A program made the position numbers and the translations under genes. From the IMG/VR virus record IMGVR_UViG_3300011441_000020, positions 1-42,048 of that record: 42,048 nt of DNA; one strand, 5' to 3'. How positions within the stretch are numbered: the first letter of the stretch is position 1; each line of letters starts with the position of its first letter. This stretch comes from a virus. Taxonomy: Duplodnaviria; Caudoviricetes. Below are positions 16,135 through 26,164 of the stretch, in pieces. The notes below the pieces were generated by a model. It did not search any database. It was not told where the DNA came from and saw only the letters and a program-made list of their open reading frames with translations.

Positions 16135-16538
16135 TGACACTAGAAGAACTATTTGAGAAGTGTCAAAAAATAACTAATGATAAAAGACAAGATTATACTA
16201 GCACTTCAACAGCTAATAGGAATGAGAATTTTCATCGCTCTGCTATTATTGTTAGTTGGTTTACTAGAGAACGAGATAAACCATATGCAGCTCTTATAGG
16301 CACTAAGCTAGCTCGTCTGGGAAGTCTTCTAAGTAAAGATGGCGAACCTAATTTTGAGTCTATTGAAGATAATTTTGCTGATATTATTAATTATTTCGCT
16401 CTATGGCATGAAGATATTTCTACTAAAATACCTGATAGAGATATTCCGCACAAATTTACTGCACAGGATAATAAACCATCATTTTGTTCTATTTGTGATT
16501 TACACTATTCATCACATTCAATTAAGGAGCCGAAATGA
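16134..16538 (+). CDS. Nucleotide-modification-associated domain (Nmad1/DUF1599-like, MazG-like helical fold)
   Basis: KRQDY...NF...TKLARL...PNFESIEDNFADIINY; start MTLEE overlaps the upstream TAA. Confidence 0.7.
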   Translation: MTLEELFEKCQKITNDKRQDYTSTSTANRNENFHRSAIIVSWFTRERDKPYAALIGTKLARLGSLLSKDGEPNFESIEDNFADIINYFALWHEDISTKIPDRDIPHKFTAQDNKPSFCSICDLHYSSHSIKEPK

Positions 16539-16654
16539 CCTTCTTCAGGCGAATCTACCGTTGGTTTAGATACTATAGACACGATACATATGTGTCATCG
16601 GAGTGGCTTCAAGAAATGGAGAATGGGCAAAAGGACTCGGTAATTGTTAATTAA
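16535..16654 (+). CDS. Small hypothetical peptide (MTFFRRIYRW...)
   Basis: 39-aa ORF; AAGGAG RBS; ends at the convergence point of the two arms. Confidence 0.4.
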   Translation: MTFFRRIYRWFRYYRHDTYVSSEWLQEMENGQKDSVIVN

Positions 16655-19600
16655 GGATTGAGACTCATTTTTCTAAACTTAAATTTATTCTTACTTTTAA
16701 CAGTAGGTTCTGGATAATTCTGAACACCCATACCAAATAAACTAATAGTATTAAGACCTACTTGTTCAGCAAATGAGGAATCACTCTCAAATATATCTAT
16801 TACATCTTGAACAAACATAGGAGCAAAACTATTAGCAATTTCAGGTGTGATATTCTTAGGTTGACCATAACGACTAATATAACCACCCTTTTCAGTAAAT
16901 TTTCTAGCACTTCCAATTTCGTATGCTAAAGCGGCCATTGGTGATAATTTATTAGCTGTAAAGTTCTCTAATGTCTGAGTTCTACTCTGTGGTTTAGAGT
17001 TAGCTTCTCCTGCAATAAATCTAGCTGTTGCTACTACAATCTGCTGAAATCCAGCCCAAGGATCAACGACATTCTCATTGAATCTAGATTTACCAAAATC
17101 AGTAGATAGAATATTATAAGATCCTTTACCACCCATTAATTTAGCTAATCCTAGTGTGGTCAAACCGACTGCTGCAATAGCAAACAATGACTTAATAGCT
17201 TCTATTTTAGCAAATTTATCTAAACTCCTATAATATTTAGGATTTAACATAGAGAGACGAGAACTTAAAAGTCGAGGACTCCAAATGACAGTATTTAGAC
17301 TCTTAGATACTTTTTCTAATTGTCCTAAACCACCTCGACCTGTAGAAACATTAATATATTTAGCAAGGTCCTTAGTTGCTTTAGTAGGAACAATTGATTT
17401 TCCACCTTCAGCATCTTCAGCTAATGTAAAGACTTCATTTCCTGCATCTCTAGCATTATTAACTAAATTCTTAAATGTCTTAAATCTTAATTCATTGAGA
17501 AAGCCGACATATGCTCTTTCACTAGCTTCTACTATCCATCTAACAGGAGGAAGTAATCTACCAATTTCAGGAATATAGCTATTAAGGAATGCTTCTTCTC
17601 CCTTAATAAGATCATTTGGTTTAGCAATAAATAGACCAGCATCTCTACTAACTAAATAATATGGATCATGTTCAATAGTACTCATAACAGTATTAAAAGC
17701 TTCTTTATTAGCCATAAATTTAAACATATTAGCAAAAGATTCTCTCCACTCAGGTCTATGAATTAATCCAATCCCCTGTCGTAGTGGAGCAGAAAGATCT
17801 AGTGAGCTACGAAGAGATTTCATAGTATTAGCTACTTTTCCTAGTTTGATGCCAACAGCTCCAATACCACCGTGCATCTCAATAACTCTCTCACCAAATC
17901 CACCACCAAATACATCATTTAATATTCTTAACTCATTATTTTGTGGAACTCCCTCTCCATTGAGAATCTTGAATAATCCAGTATATCCACGAGCTTTTTC
18001 ACCAGTTGTAATATTAGCTCCCTTAACAGCCGTAAATAGAGTATCAATTTCTTCTTCACTCATTACACCTTCGAGACCGCTAAAATCTACCTTTTCATAT
18101 TCACCTTTTAATTTCCCTAGACTTTTACTTGCACCAGCAGCTCCTTCAGTCTTAACACCTTCAAATGCAGCAAAGCGTCTAGCTCTTTCCTGCTTATATA
18201 AAGAAGCTTGTTCTTCATTTAGAATCCTAGCTTCACCGATAGCATTTAATAATTTTTCTACTGCTTCTGAGGGAGTAGCTCGTTTTCTAGTTGGTTTACC
18301 ACGCTTAGGAATGGCTCCCTTTCCTCCAATGTCAGATCCTGAGCCAATTCCCGTTCCACTAAGAAGGTCTTCTGTAGTTTCTGTTCTCCCCCTAGAGTCT
18401 TCATAGATTGATAATACTTCCTGAATTTCTGAATTGTAGATTCCGGTATTTGGGTCTGCAATTGATTTGAGGATATTGTCTTGTGCTTCGACTGACCTTC
18501 TTGCTCCGAATTTAGCATAAATGTCTCCAAGTCGAATTGTAAAATCCTCATTATGACCCATTCTACCAGAAGGATCAACGTGAGCTAATTCGTGTAAAAT
18601 AGTATGTAGAATATTAGCAGAAGCTTCATCAGAACTCATTTTATTAATAGAATTGAATGGATTAATCAAAATCGCAGATTTATATGAACTCCATTCTGTT
18701 CCAGGATTGGGAATATGAACTCCATGAAGTTTTTCGCTAAATATAATACCAATCTTTTCCAATCTATTTTTCCATACATCAGTTCCAGCTACATTCATAG
18801 CTTCATCTAAAGTTTCAGCAATTGTTTTAGCTAAAGTTAGAAATGCTGGATTAGTTGTAATCTGCTTCATTTCATCAGGAGTAATTTGACCTTTAGGATC
18901 ATAAATGGCAATTTTACGTCCAAACGTATCAGGAAATTCTCCTCCACCAACATTAATTTCTAACATTCCATTATATAGTCTCTTTAATTCATCAATACGT
19001 TTTCCAACACTTGGTGTAACAACATTATCTTGTATATACTGTTGAACTTGTTTTTGTACAGTTCCTCTTAATTCTTCTCTATTAGCAGTAAATGGATAAT
19101 CACTATGACCTTCTGGAACTTTAGGTCTGATATCTACAATAATATCAGATGGAACACCAGGAACTTCTCCTTGAAGATACATAATTTTAGTTCTTTGAAA
19201 CATTCCATTATTTGATAAATGTAGACTTATATGGGATTGAGTTCCACTTTTAGTTCCTTCTGGAAGAATTAACTCAGTTCTAGCTGATGGATTATTTAAT
19301 TTAACTAAACTAGTTCCTGTTCCTCTTTTAGAAGTAGTGAGAATTTCTTCTATATTTTTTACTTCAGATGAATGTCTTGTACCAGTTCTAATATTAGCTG
19401 CTAAACCATGTGAGTGTTTAGATAAATTTTCAACAAATTGTCTTGCTTCATAAAAATCAGAGTCTTGTGGAATTTTAACTTTTACAGATGTTCCAGTTTG
19501 AATTTTAGTAGAATCATCTGGAACTATAACTCTCTGTTTAATATCTACACCTTCTAATAATTCATCAGGAGTTCCAGAGAAAGAACTTTCTATAATTTGA

Positions 19601-21330
19601 CCACTCTTAGGATCTTTAGCAATACTTACTACTTCTACTTTCTCACCACCTAATAATGGAGCAGCTTTCGCCAAACCAAATCCACCAGCAGCTTCTACAT
19701 CTTCTCTCTTACCAGAAGCTCCTAAATCAGTAAAAACTGTCTCAAGTTCTTTCCTAGTTAAACCTTTACCATTATCAGTAACATGAATAGTATTATCAAC
19801 TCTATCAAATATAACATCAATTTTGCCTTCAGAACCTAGATGTCGAACTGCATCAATAGAGTTCTGTAATAACTCTTTAGTTGCAATAGGAGCAATATCA
19901 CCTTTGTAAAGACTAGTTCCTAGAACTTTACCAAGAGATTTTACATCAGCTCCGATAGCTATTTTTCCACTCTCAGTACGAGCGGCTTGAGGCTCGAATA
20001 TATCAATAGGCTCACCACTAGCTTCTCGAATTGATTGAGCAAATTCCTCTTTAGACTTTAATTGTTTATTAAATTCATCTGCGAATTCTGTACTTTGTTT
20101 AGGTTGTTCTTCTCCATAAATATCACGTTCAGCAGTTTTACCTAAAAAACGCTCTGGTGGTTCTACTGGAAAATCTAAAACTTTAGAGAACTGAGGTTCT
20201 TCAGTAACATTAGCAGGCTCAAAAGGATTAGCAAAACTAGGTTTTCTAGGTTCTAGTTCTCTAGTAACTTCCTGTTCAGCAGTAGAACCAGCTAATTCAC
20301 CTAAATCAATAGCTTCTTCAGCAGGATATCTAGTAGGCTCCAAATCTCTGATAGGTTCTCTAATGGGAGTTCCCATTTCAGCAGGAAGCTCTCGTCCCAT
20401 ATTAAACTTCTCTACAGCATTTCTAAATAAGTCTTCTTCACTCATTCCTGAAATAGGTGGTTCAGTAGGTCTATTAAAATTAAAGATATCTTCACTACCT
20501 ACAGGAACCATTTCTGGAGGAACCGTTTGCGCTCTACGAATAGGAAGATCTGAAGTTGGAACATTCAAATCTTCTACTCCAGAAGGCTCATTAGCTCTAT
20601 AAGGAATTTCTTGACTCCTACGAATAGGAGGAAGTTCACCTCTAGGAGAAGGAGGAATATCTTCACTTCTAAAAGGAACGTCAATTACATTAGGATCGTG
20701 AATAGCTCTCTGAGCACCTACGCTTCTAGGATCTAATCCAGTAGCGAAAATATCACCTAATGCCTTGGTAATGGCTCCAGCAATTAATCTTCCAGTTCCT
20801 TCAGAACCAGTAATCTTTTGAGATAGCCAATCAGTAGCTTTACCAATTCCAGGAATCTCCATTAATCCTGGTCCTAAAGCCTGTTGTTCTTCACCTTCTT
20901 GAACTTGTTTATAAGGAGTTCCAAAGATATCTTTACCTCGAAGTCTCTTATTAATAGATTCAACATCTTCTCTAGTATATTTATGTGGTTCTGATCCAGA
21001 TATTAACTTTTCAGCAAAAGACTTAATTTTGGGATGTTCTTCGGCAAATCCACTAACAGTATCAGAAAATCTCTTTAATAAACTAGGCTTCTCTATTTCT
21101 GAAGAAATAGATTTTTCAATCTCAGGAATTCCAGAAACTTTCTTAGCCTCACTAATAATCCTATCAACTTCAGGATTCTCTACTTTTAATGCTTTGGGAG
21201 CTTCCTTTGGTGTAACTAAATCTTTATATTCAGGATATTTAGACACAACTTTCTGTTCTAATTCATCATCATCCAAGTCATCATATTCACCTGGATACTT
21301 AGAACGAATAAGACCAGCAAGTTGTGCCAT
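16651..21330 (-). CDS. Large ejection/internal virion protein with GHKL ATPase and HExxH metallopeptidase domains
   Basis: ELLQNSIDA, VTDNGKGL, GGFGLAK, TGTSV; HELAH...GHNEDF; last gene of the morphogenesis operon. Confidence 0.85.
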   Translation of the reverse strand: MAQLAGLIRSKYPGEYDDLDDDELEQKVVSKYPEYKDLVTPKEAPKALKVENPEVDRIISEAKKVSGIPEIEKSISSEIEKPSLLKRFSDTVSGFAEEHPKIKSFAEKLISGSEPHKYTREDVESINKRLRGKDIFGTPYKQVQEGEEQQALGPGLMEIPGIGKATDWLSQKITGSEGTGRLIAGAITKALGDIFATGLDPRSVGAQRAIHDPNVIDVPFRSEDIPPSPRGELPPIRRSQEIPYRANEPSGVEDLNVPTSDLPIRRAQTVPPEMVPVGSEDIFNFNRPTEPPISGMSEEDLFRNAVEKFNMGRELPAEMGTPIREPIRDLEPTRYPAEEAIDLGELAGSTAEQEVTRELEPRKPSFANPFEPANVTEEPQFSKVLDFPVEPPERFLGKTAERDIYGEEQPKQSTEFADEFNKQLKSKEEFAQSIREASGEPIDIFEPQAARTESGKIAIGADVKSLGKVLGTSLYKGDIAPIATKELLQNSIDAVRHLGSEGKIDVIFDRVDNTIHVTDNGKGLTRKELETVFTDLGASGKREDVEAAGGFGLAKAAPLLGGEKVEVVSIAKDPKSGQIIESSFSGTPDELLEGVDIKQRVIVPDDSTKIQTGTSVKVKIPQDSDFYEARQFVENLSKHSHGLAANIRTGTRHSSEVKNIEEILTTSKRGTGTSLVKLNNPSARTELILPEGTKSGTQSHISLHLSNNGMFQRTKIMYLQGEVPGVPSDIIVDIRPKVPEGHSDYPFTANREELRGTVQKQVQQYIQDNVVTPSVGKRIDELKRLYNGMLEINVGGGEFPDTFGRKIAIYDPKGQITPDEMKQITTNPAFLTLAKTIAETLDEAMNVAGTDVWKNRLEKIGIIFSEKLHGVHIPNPGTEWSSYKSAILINPFNSINKMSSDEASANILHTILHELAHVDPSGRMGHNEDFTIRLGDIYAKFGARRSVEAQDNILKSIADPNTGIYNSEIQEVLSIYEDSRGRTETTEDLLSGTGIGSGSDIGGKGAIPKRGKPTRKRATPSEAVEKLLNAIGEARILNEEQASLYKQERARRFAAFEGVKTEGAAGASKSLGKLKGEYEKVDFSGLEGVMSEEEIDTLFTAVKGANITTGEKARGYTGLFKILNGEGVPQNNELRILNDVFGGGFGERVIEMHGGIGAVGIKLGKVANTMKSLRSSLDLSAPLRQGIGLIHRPEWRESFANMFKFMANKEAFNTVMSTIEHDPYYLVSRDAGLFIAKPNDLIKGEEAFLNSYIPEIGRLLPPVRWIVEASERAYVGFLNELRFKTFKNLVNNARDAGNEVFTLAEDAEGGKSIVPTKATKDLAKYINVSTGRGGLGQLEKVSKSLNTVIWSPRLLSSRLSMLNPKYYRSLDKFAKIEAIKSLFAIAAVGLTTLGLAKLMGGKGSYNILSTDFGKSRFNENVVDPWAGFQQIVVATARFIAGEANSKPQSRTQTLENFTANKLSPMAALAYEIGSARKFTEKGGYISRYGQPKNITPEIANSFAPMFVQDVIDIFESDSSFAEQVGLNTISLFGMGVQNYPEPTVKSKNKFKFRKMSLNP

Positions 21331-22124
21331 TATCGAATTCCTAAAGAATCGCCTGGTTTCTTAGAACCTTTTTTAGTAGTTACAACTTTTTTAGTTCCTT
21401 CAGGATTTGCTTCACTTTCTTGAACAACATTACTAGATTGATCTCGTCTAGCTAAAATATCATCAATTTGAGCTTGGTGCATTCTTCTAGTTTCTTCTAA
21501 TTGTGTATCTTTTCTAGAAATATCTAATGCGTGTCTAGCAGTAGTAGCTTCCTGTTGAGCACGTTGAAGTTCTATTCTTGCATTAGAATCATTAGCTCTT
21601 TGATTGAGTTGATCTTGTGCAAGAGCTAATCTTTTATTAGCTTCATCAAATTTACGTTCCATATTAGCTTGTTTAGTATCAAAAATCTGTTGATTCTTCT
21701 TAACATCTAAAGCATGACCTTCTTTATCTAAAGCTAATTTTTCAGAACCTAATCTGCTAGTTTGAGCAATACGACTACGATCAATTCCTAAATCTTCTCT
21801 TTTTAGATTCATAGTTTCTCTTTGCAATGGAGTAATCCTATCAGGATCTTCTCTAAAGAAAGTATTCATAGGCTGTCCACCAGACACATTACTGCTAGAA
21901 GCACCAGAAGCCATAGGGTTAGTACCATAAATTGATTGTAATCTATTCTGCTTCATAGATAAGTCGCTCATAAAATTAGCTTTTTTCATAAAATCATTCA
22001 TATCACGTCTACGTAGTTCCATATTCATACTCATAGCAGAGCCATAATCAGGCTTTTCTTGACCACCTAATCCATAAATACCACTACCAGATGGATTAGC
22101 TGCAAGAGAATCAAAGAATCCCAT
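21330..22124 (-). CDS. Putative ejection/internal virion protein
   Basis: Gln/Arg-rich coiled coil; position after the tail genes. Confidence 0.6.
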   Translation of the reverse strand: MGFFDSLAANPSGSGIYGLGGQEKPDYGSAMSMNMELRRRDMNDFMKKANFMSDLSMKQNRLQSIYGTNPMASGASSSNVSGGQPMNTFFREDPDRITPLQRETMNLKREDLGIDRSRIAQTSRLGSEKLALDKEGHALDVKKNQQIFDTKQANMERKFDEANKRLALAQDQLNQRANDSNARIELQRAQQEATTARHALDISRKDTQLEETRRMHQAQIDDILARRDQSSNVVQESEANPEGTKKVVTTKKGSKKPGDSLGIR

Positions 22125-23008
22125 TAGCCATTCCTTCGCATAATGAGGTTGTTCATGTTATTTCTCTCTAAATTATTCATCTGCTGTTGATTCTGTCGCA
22201 ACTGACCAGCCTGCATTACTTGATTACCAAATGTGTTAGTTAAGGCAGGAGTAGTTCCATACAAGCTAGTCATACCCTGAACAGCTCCAAGACGATTTCT
22301 AACATTAGATTCCTGAGCATTCATTTTCTGAGTTGAATTAAATCTATTAGTATCTAACAAATTCTGAGTATTAAGTCTATTAAATTCGTTTACAACATCA
22401 ACATTGGCTTTATCAGCACCATATTTCATAGCATTAGCTGAGCCGGCTGCACTAGCGTAATTAGGAGCAGCAGATAGCTTATTCGAGGCTACGTTCTGAG
22501 CAATACCAGCATTGATGTCTGTAATAGCTCCACCAAGTTTATCAGATTGTTCTCTAGCCATTTTAGCTGTAAGAGCACCATAATTAGGACTATATCCACC
22601 TGATAATGCTTTTGAACGATCAATATTACGTTGAGCATTTGCATACATAGATCTAATAGGACTTAATCCTCTAGCTCTTAAATCTGCAATACCTTTTTCA
22701 TCATATCCACCAGTGCTAGATAAACCTGATAAATCAGATAATGATTTAGTTACATCAGCAGACTGTTGATAATTAGTAGTCTGTGGACTAATATTTGAAT
22801 AATTCACAGAAGAGGGAGTGATAGGACTTCTTGAAGCAAAATCATACACATCACCATATTTACCCATAATCTTATCATAATCTTTAGCTTGCTGATTAGC
22901 AGCAGCCGTAAACGTATTAGGATTACCAAACTGTTTAGTTGGCATATTTTTCTCTTGTTTAGGATTAAATAAATAATCTAACGGTCTAGCTAGTGTTCCT
23001 GCAGGCAT
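22124..23008 (-). CDS. Putative DNA pilot/ejection protein
   Basis: Ala/Gly/Gln/Asn-rich helical sequence; position. Confidence 0.6.
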   Translation of the reverse strand: MPAGTLARPLDYLFNPKQEKNMPTKQFGNPNTFTAAANQQAKDYDKIMGKYGDVYDFASRSPITPSSVNYSNISPQTTNYQQSADVTKSLSDLSGLSSTGGYDEKGIADLRARGLSPIRSMYANAQRNIDRSKALSGGYSPNYGALTAKMAREQSDKLGGAITDINAGIAQNVASNKLSAAPNYASAAGSANAMKYGADKANVDVVNEFNRLNTQNLLDTNRFNSTQKMNAQESNVRNRLGAVQGMTSLYGTTPALTNTFGNQVMQAGQLRQNQQQMNNLERNNMNNLIMRRNG

Positions 23009-23376
23009 TATCCTGAAACTCCAATCTCTCCTTCACCTTCCATTGATAAAGATGTAAGAGCACTAGCACCACCAACTAAGAAATCAGCAGCATCTATTCG
23101 GAGATATCCATACCAATCAATATAATCGTTAGCAGGAACTGATTTACCTTGTCCTAATACTTCCGTTCCGGCTACGTTTCCACCTGTAGCACCTAACCAA
23201 TGAGAAAATGTTACAGCACCAGCAGTTTTATTAAGCCATCTAATATGTCGTAAAATAATATACTGAGAACTTGAACCAGCATTAACACCACCAGTAGCCG
23301 TAGCAGGATTTAAAAGATTTGTAGTTAGAGTAGTAGTTAAAGCAATTGGACCGAATCTAAATGCTTTGTTGGTCAT
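23008..23376 (-). CDS. Small beta-rich virion protein
   Basis: Thr/Ala/Gly-rich; GAGGAGAGG RBS; tail cluster. Confidence 0.55.
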   Translation of the reverse strand: MTNKAFRFGPIALTTTLTTNLLNPATATGGVNAGSSSQYIILRHIRWLNKTAGAVTFSHWLGATGGNVAGTEVLGQGKSVPANDYIDWYGYLRIDAADFLVGGASALTSLSMEGEGEIGVSG

Positions 23377-23385
23377 TCCTCTCCT

Positions 23386-24198
23386 CTATTGACCGACATA
23401 GTAAGAACAATTACCGCGGTTGAGAACAGCAAGACCAGCAGCAGGCATTACAATTGTTGTAGCTGTATTAGCAACTAATGATTTAAGTGGAACAGTTGGC
23501 TGCATATTAATATCTTCTACAGTTCCACCTGCTATCATCGCGTTACCATTTGACCATGCAGGTCCACCAGGAAGATTAGTACTTGTAATAATTAATGTAG
23601 CTGTTCCAGCTAAAATAGCAGTAGCATTACGACGACAATTTAGATATGTAATGTAATGAAATAGACCAACACCAGCAGCGGGTAATGTAATTGTTGCCGC
23701 TGTATTCGCTGCGGCTGTAACAGTTACATGCAATGTAGCAGGAATGAATCTAGAGTAAATAAGAAAATCTGATTGCGAAGCACGAGCAGCAATAGTAACA
23801 GTTCCAGAAGTAAATGCAGAAACTCTAATTCTAACTCTACGTAATCCAGATACTCCTACAACATATTGACCCGTTACAGTAGTAGCAATTATAATAGAAG
23901 GAACATATTGTTCTGCAAGTAATACAGCAGCTAGTAACTGAGCATACGCAAATGCTGGTAGTGGAAAATAATTAACTCCATCAAGAGTTCCTTCAAATAC
24001 TAAAGTTAAGTTAGCAGCAGCAGTTCTTACATCATATATGGCAACTGCTGCACCATTAATATCCATTAATATTTCAGCATTTAATGCACTTAGTGTAAAA
24101 GTGGCAGTTCTGCCATCAGTTATAGTTTGACCACCAACTTGGTCAGGGAAGCCTACAATTATTTCGTTTCCACGAGCGTCGTAAAGAATCGCACTCAT
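23386..24198 (-). CDS. Tail or receptor-binding-type jelly-roll protein
   Basis: VFEGTLDGVNY...RRVRIRVS; Ala/Thr-rich. Confidence 0.55.
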   Translation of the reverse strand: MSAILYDARGNEIIVGFPDQVGGQTITDGRTATFTLSALNAEILMDINGAAVAIYDVRTAAANLTLVFEGTLDGVNYFPLPAFAYAQLLAAVLLAEQYVPSIIIATTVTGQYVVGVSGLRRVRIRVSAFTSGTVTIAARASQSDFLIYSRFIPATLHVTVTAAANTAATITLPAAGVGLFHYITYLNCRRNATAILAGTATLIITSTNLPGGPAWSNGNAMIAGGTVEDINMQPTVPLKSLVANTATTIVMPAAGLAVLNRGNCSYYVGQ

Positions 24199-24842
24199 GC
24201 AAGCACCATGTAATCAATGGAGAGTGAACCTGCCCAAGGTGTCAAGAAATCCATATCTAAATCAAATGAACCAGTATTAGCTATAGCTCTCATACTATAT
24301 ACATCAACTAAGTCACCTGAATTCGGCTGACCATCTACAATTCCTGTTAACCAAACTAAAATATTAGAAGTAGCAACTACGGTTCCATCTACAACATTAA
24401 TATGTTGATTTCTCTTTGCAGGAAATGCTGTCGTAACAACTGCTGTAGTAGCACTTCCACCGCCTCCACCAGACGGACCTTGAATACCTTGAGGTCCAGG
24501 AATTTGAATTGGTTCATCAGCATCTAATCCATCAATTCCAGGAATACCTTGTAATCCTTGTAATCCTTGAATACCAGCAGGACCAGTATCACCTCTAGTT
24601 CCAGGCATTCCATCTTGTCCATCTGATCCATCAAATGTAGGACCACCTAAAATATGTTGTGTTACATTAGTAATATTAGTAATACCACCTCCACCACCTC
24701 CACCTCCGCTAGCATCTACTTCTAAAGCTGCTATTGCTCCGATTAACGCACGAATAATTTGATACAGCGGATTATCTTTTTGTTGTAATCTAGTATTTAA
24801 TAATTGAGTATATAATCGTGGTGTATTTAATCCAGAAGGCAT
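24195..24842 (-). CDS. Collagen-like tail fibre protein
   Basis: G-X-Y repeats (GIQGLQGLQGIPG, GPQGIQGP) flanked by poly-Gly hinges. Confidence 0.8.
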   Translation of the reverse strand: MPSGLNTPRLYTQLLNTRLQQKDNPLYQIIRALIGAIAALEVDASGGGGGGGGITNITNVTQHILGGPTFDGSDGQDGMPGTRGDTGPAGIQGLQGLQGIPGIDGLDADEPIQIPGPQGIQGPSGGGGGSATTAVVTTAFPAKRNQHINVVDGTVVATSNILVWLTGIVDGQPNSGDLVDVYSMRAIANTGSFDLDMDFLTPWAGSLSIDYMVLA

Positions 24843-24845
24843 TAT

Positions 24846-25139
24846 TTAACCAGGATAGCTCTTTGCAATTGGTTTAGCAAACACTATCAGCTTAGAAATT
24901 TCAAAATATTCTCCAAAATTAACAGTTTTAATTTCTAAACAAGCTCTCTGCTGTGTAAAATTGGATAATCTTGTTGGTTCTATATCAGTTGGATCTACCA
25001 TAGTTATTGGGAACATAACATTTTCTCTAACCTCTCCAAGACTTATTAATCTTAATAAAAGTCTACCAAAGCCAGTAACACGAAAACGAACAAGACCATA
25101 ATGATTAATGAGTTCTTCAGATGAAGATCTCTTTGCCAT
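24846..25139 (-). CDS. Small tail protein, possibly a detached C-terminal domain of the nozzle
   Basis: Beta-rich; QRACLEIK...FEISKL. Confidence 0.5.
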   Translation of the reverse strand: MAKRSSSEELINHYGLVRFRVTGFGRLLLRLISLGEVRENVMFPITMVDPTDIEPTRLSNFTQQRACLEIKTVNFGEYFEISKLIVFAKPIAKSYPG

Positions 25140-26164
25140 TATGGTAAAAATCCTGTCTTGATAAATGGATCTGGGATCTTTACATCTATTGTATTAGGTG
25201 GATCATCTTGGATATATAATGTATCAAATTTTTGACTAACAACTAATTTGTAGATTCCAGAAGCATCTGTAAAATAAATTGTAGTTAATGTGCCTAGTAT
25301 AACAGAACCAGAAAATTGTGTTCCATTATTACCTACTGCAAGAATTTTAATCTCAAATACATCAATTGGAAAATCAACTATAAATATTAATAGATGTTCT
25401 TCTTGCGTAAGAATTTGTATCGCTGGTGTAGTTATTACATCTCCAGTTCCGGGATCAATATATTGAATAAATATGTCTAAATCACTTAAATCTAGAGTTC
25501 CAGATGTAACAGTAATTGGAGTTGTTGAAGGTACAACTGGCCCAGGATTTTCTAGAGTCCATGTGTATGAAATAATATCATAAGTGCCTTCAATATCTAA
25601 TACCTGGAAATATACTGGGCGAAATCCTGCTCCACTTGCATTTAAACGCAAACCACATCCGTTGTGAACAATATCTAACATAGTTGGTAGTCCAAGACTA
25701 AAAACATAAGGAAATGTTATAAATGTATTTGCTTCTGTAACAACAGTAAATGGACTACTTTCAGTAGTAGCATCTTTCTGAAGATGAATAGTATATATAT
25801 TAAGAGGATCAAATAAATCTTTAAAATATTCTGCCACTACTTCAGCAGATAATGCTACAAATCCTGCTGGTAGACCATTAAATTCATATGGATGACCTTC
25901 ATCTCCATCAAGAATTATATTAGATCCACCAGTATCAAAATGTAACGTAGCCTGTGTAACAGCACCGAACTGCATTTGTATCAAACCATTAGTAACAGGA
26001 TTGTTAGTTTCAGAAAGAGCTAATGGTATCTGTGAGCTTGATGTTAATATTGTTGGTACACCACTGGTATTTCCCCACCAAAGATCCGCAACGGCAGGAG
26101 TAGCACTAAATCCTGGAGTTATAATGATAGTTAACTGGAGTCTAATTCTAAAAGTTCCACTCAT
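25139..26164 (-). CDS. Acidic beta-rich tail protein
   Basis: 341 aa, coupled to the nozzle gene. Confidence 0.55.
   Translation of the reverse strand: MSGTFRIRLQLTIIITPGFSATPAVADLWWGNTSGVPTILTSSSQIPLALSETNNPVTNGLIQMQFGAVTQATLHFDTGGSNIILDGDEGHPYEFNGLPAGFVALSAEVVAEYFKDLFDPLNIYTIHLQKDATTESSPFTVVTEANTFITFPYVFSLGLPTMLDIVHNGCGLRLNASGAGFRPVYFQVLDIEGTYDIISYTWTLENPGPVVPSTTPITVTSGTLDLSDLDIFIQYIDPGTGDVITTPAIQILTQEEHLLIFIVDFPIDVFEIKILAVGNNGTQFSGSVILGTLTTIYFTDASGIYKLVVSQKFDTLYIQDDPPNTIDVKIPDPFIKTGFLP

Noticed and set aside
17285-21364. + strand ORFs antisense to the 1559-aa gene (17285, 17846, 20363, 21029), and similar shadow ORFs over polA, SNF2, terL and the capsid gene
   Set aside because: Fully overlap well-supported genes, lack RBS or motifs, and are explained by codon bias on the opposite strand.
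24470-24640. Tandem DNA repeats or DGR-like variable region in the tail fibre
   Set aside because: Explained by collagen G-X-Y codons; no reverse transcriptase or template/variable repeat pair seen.
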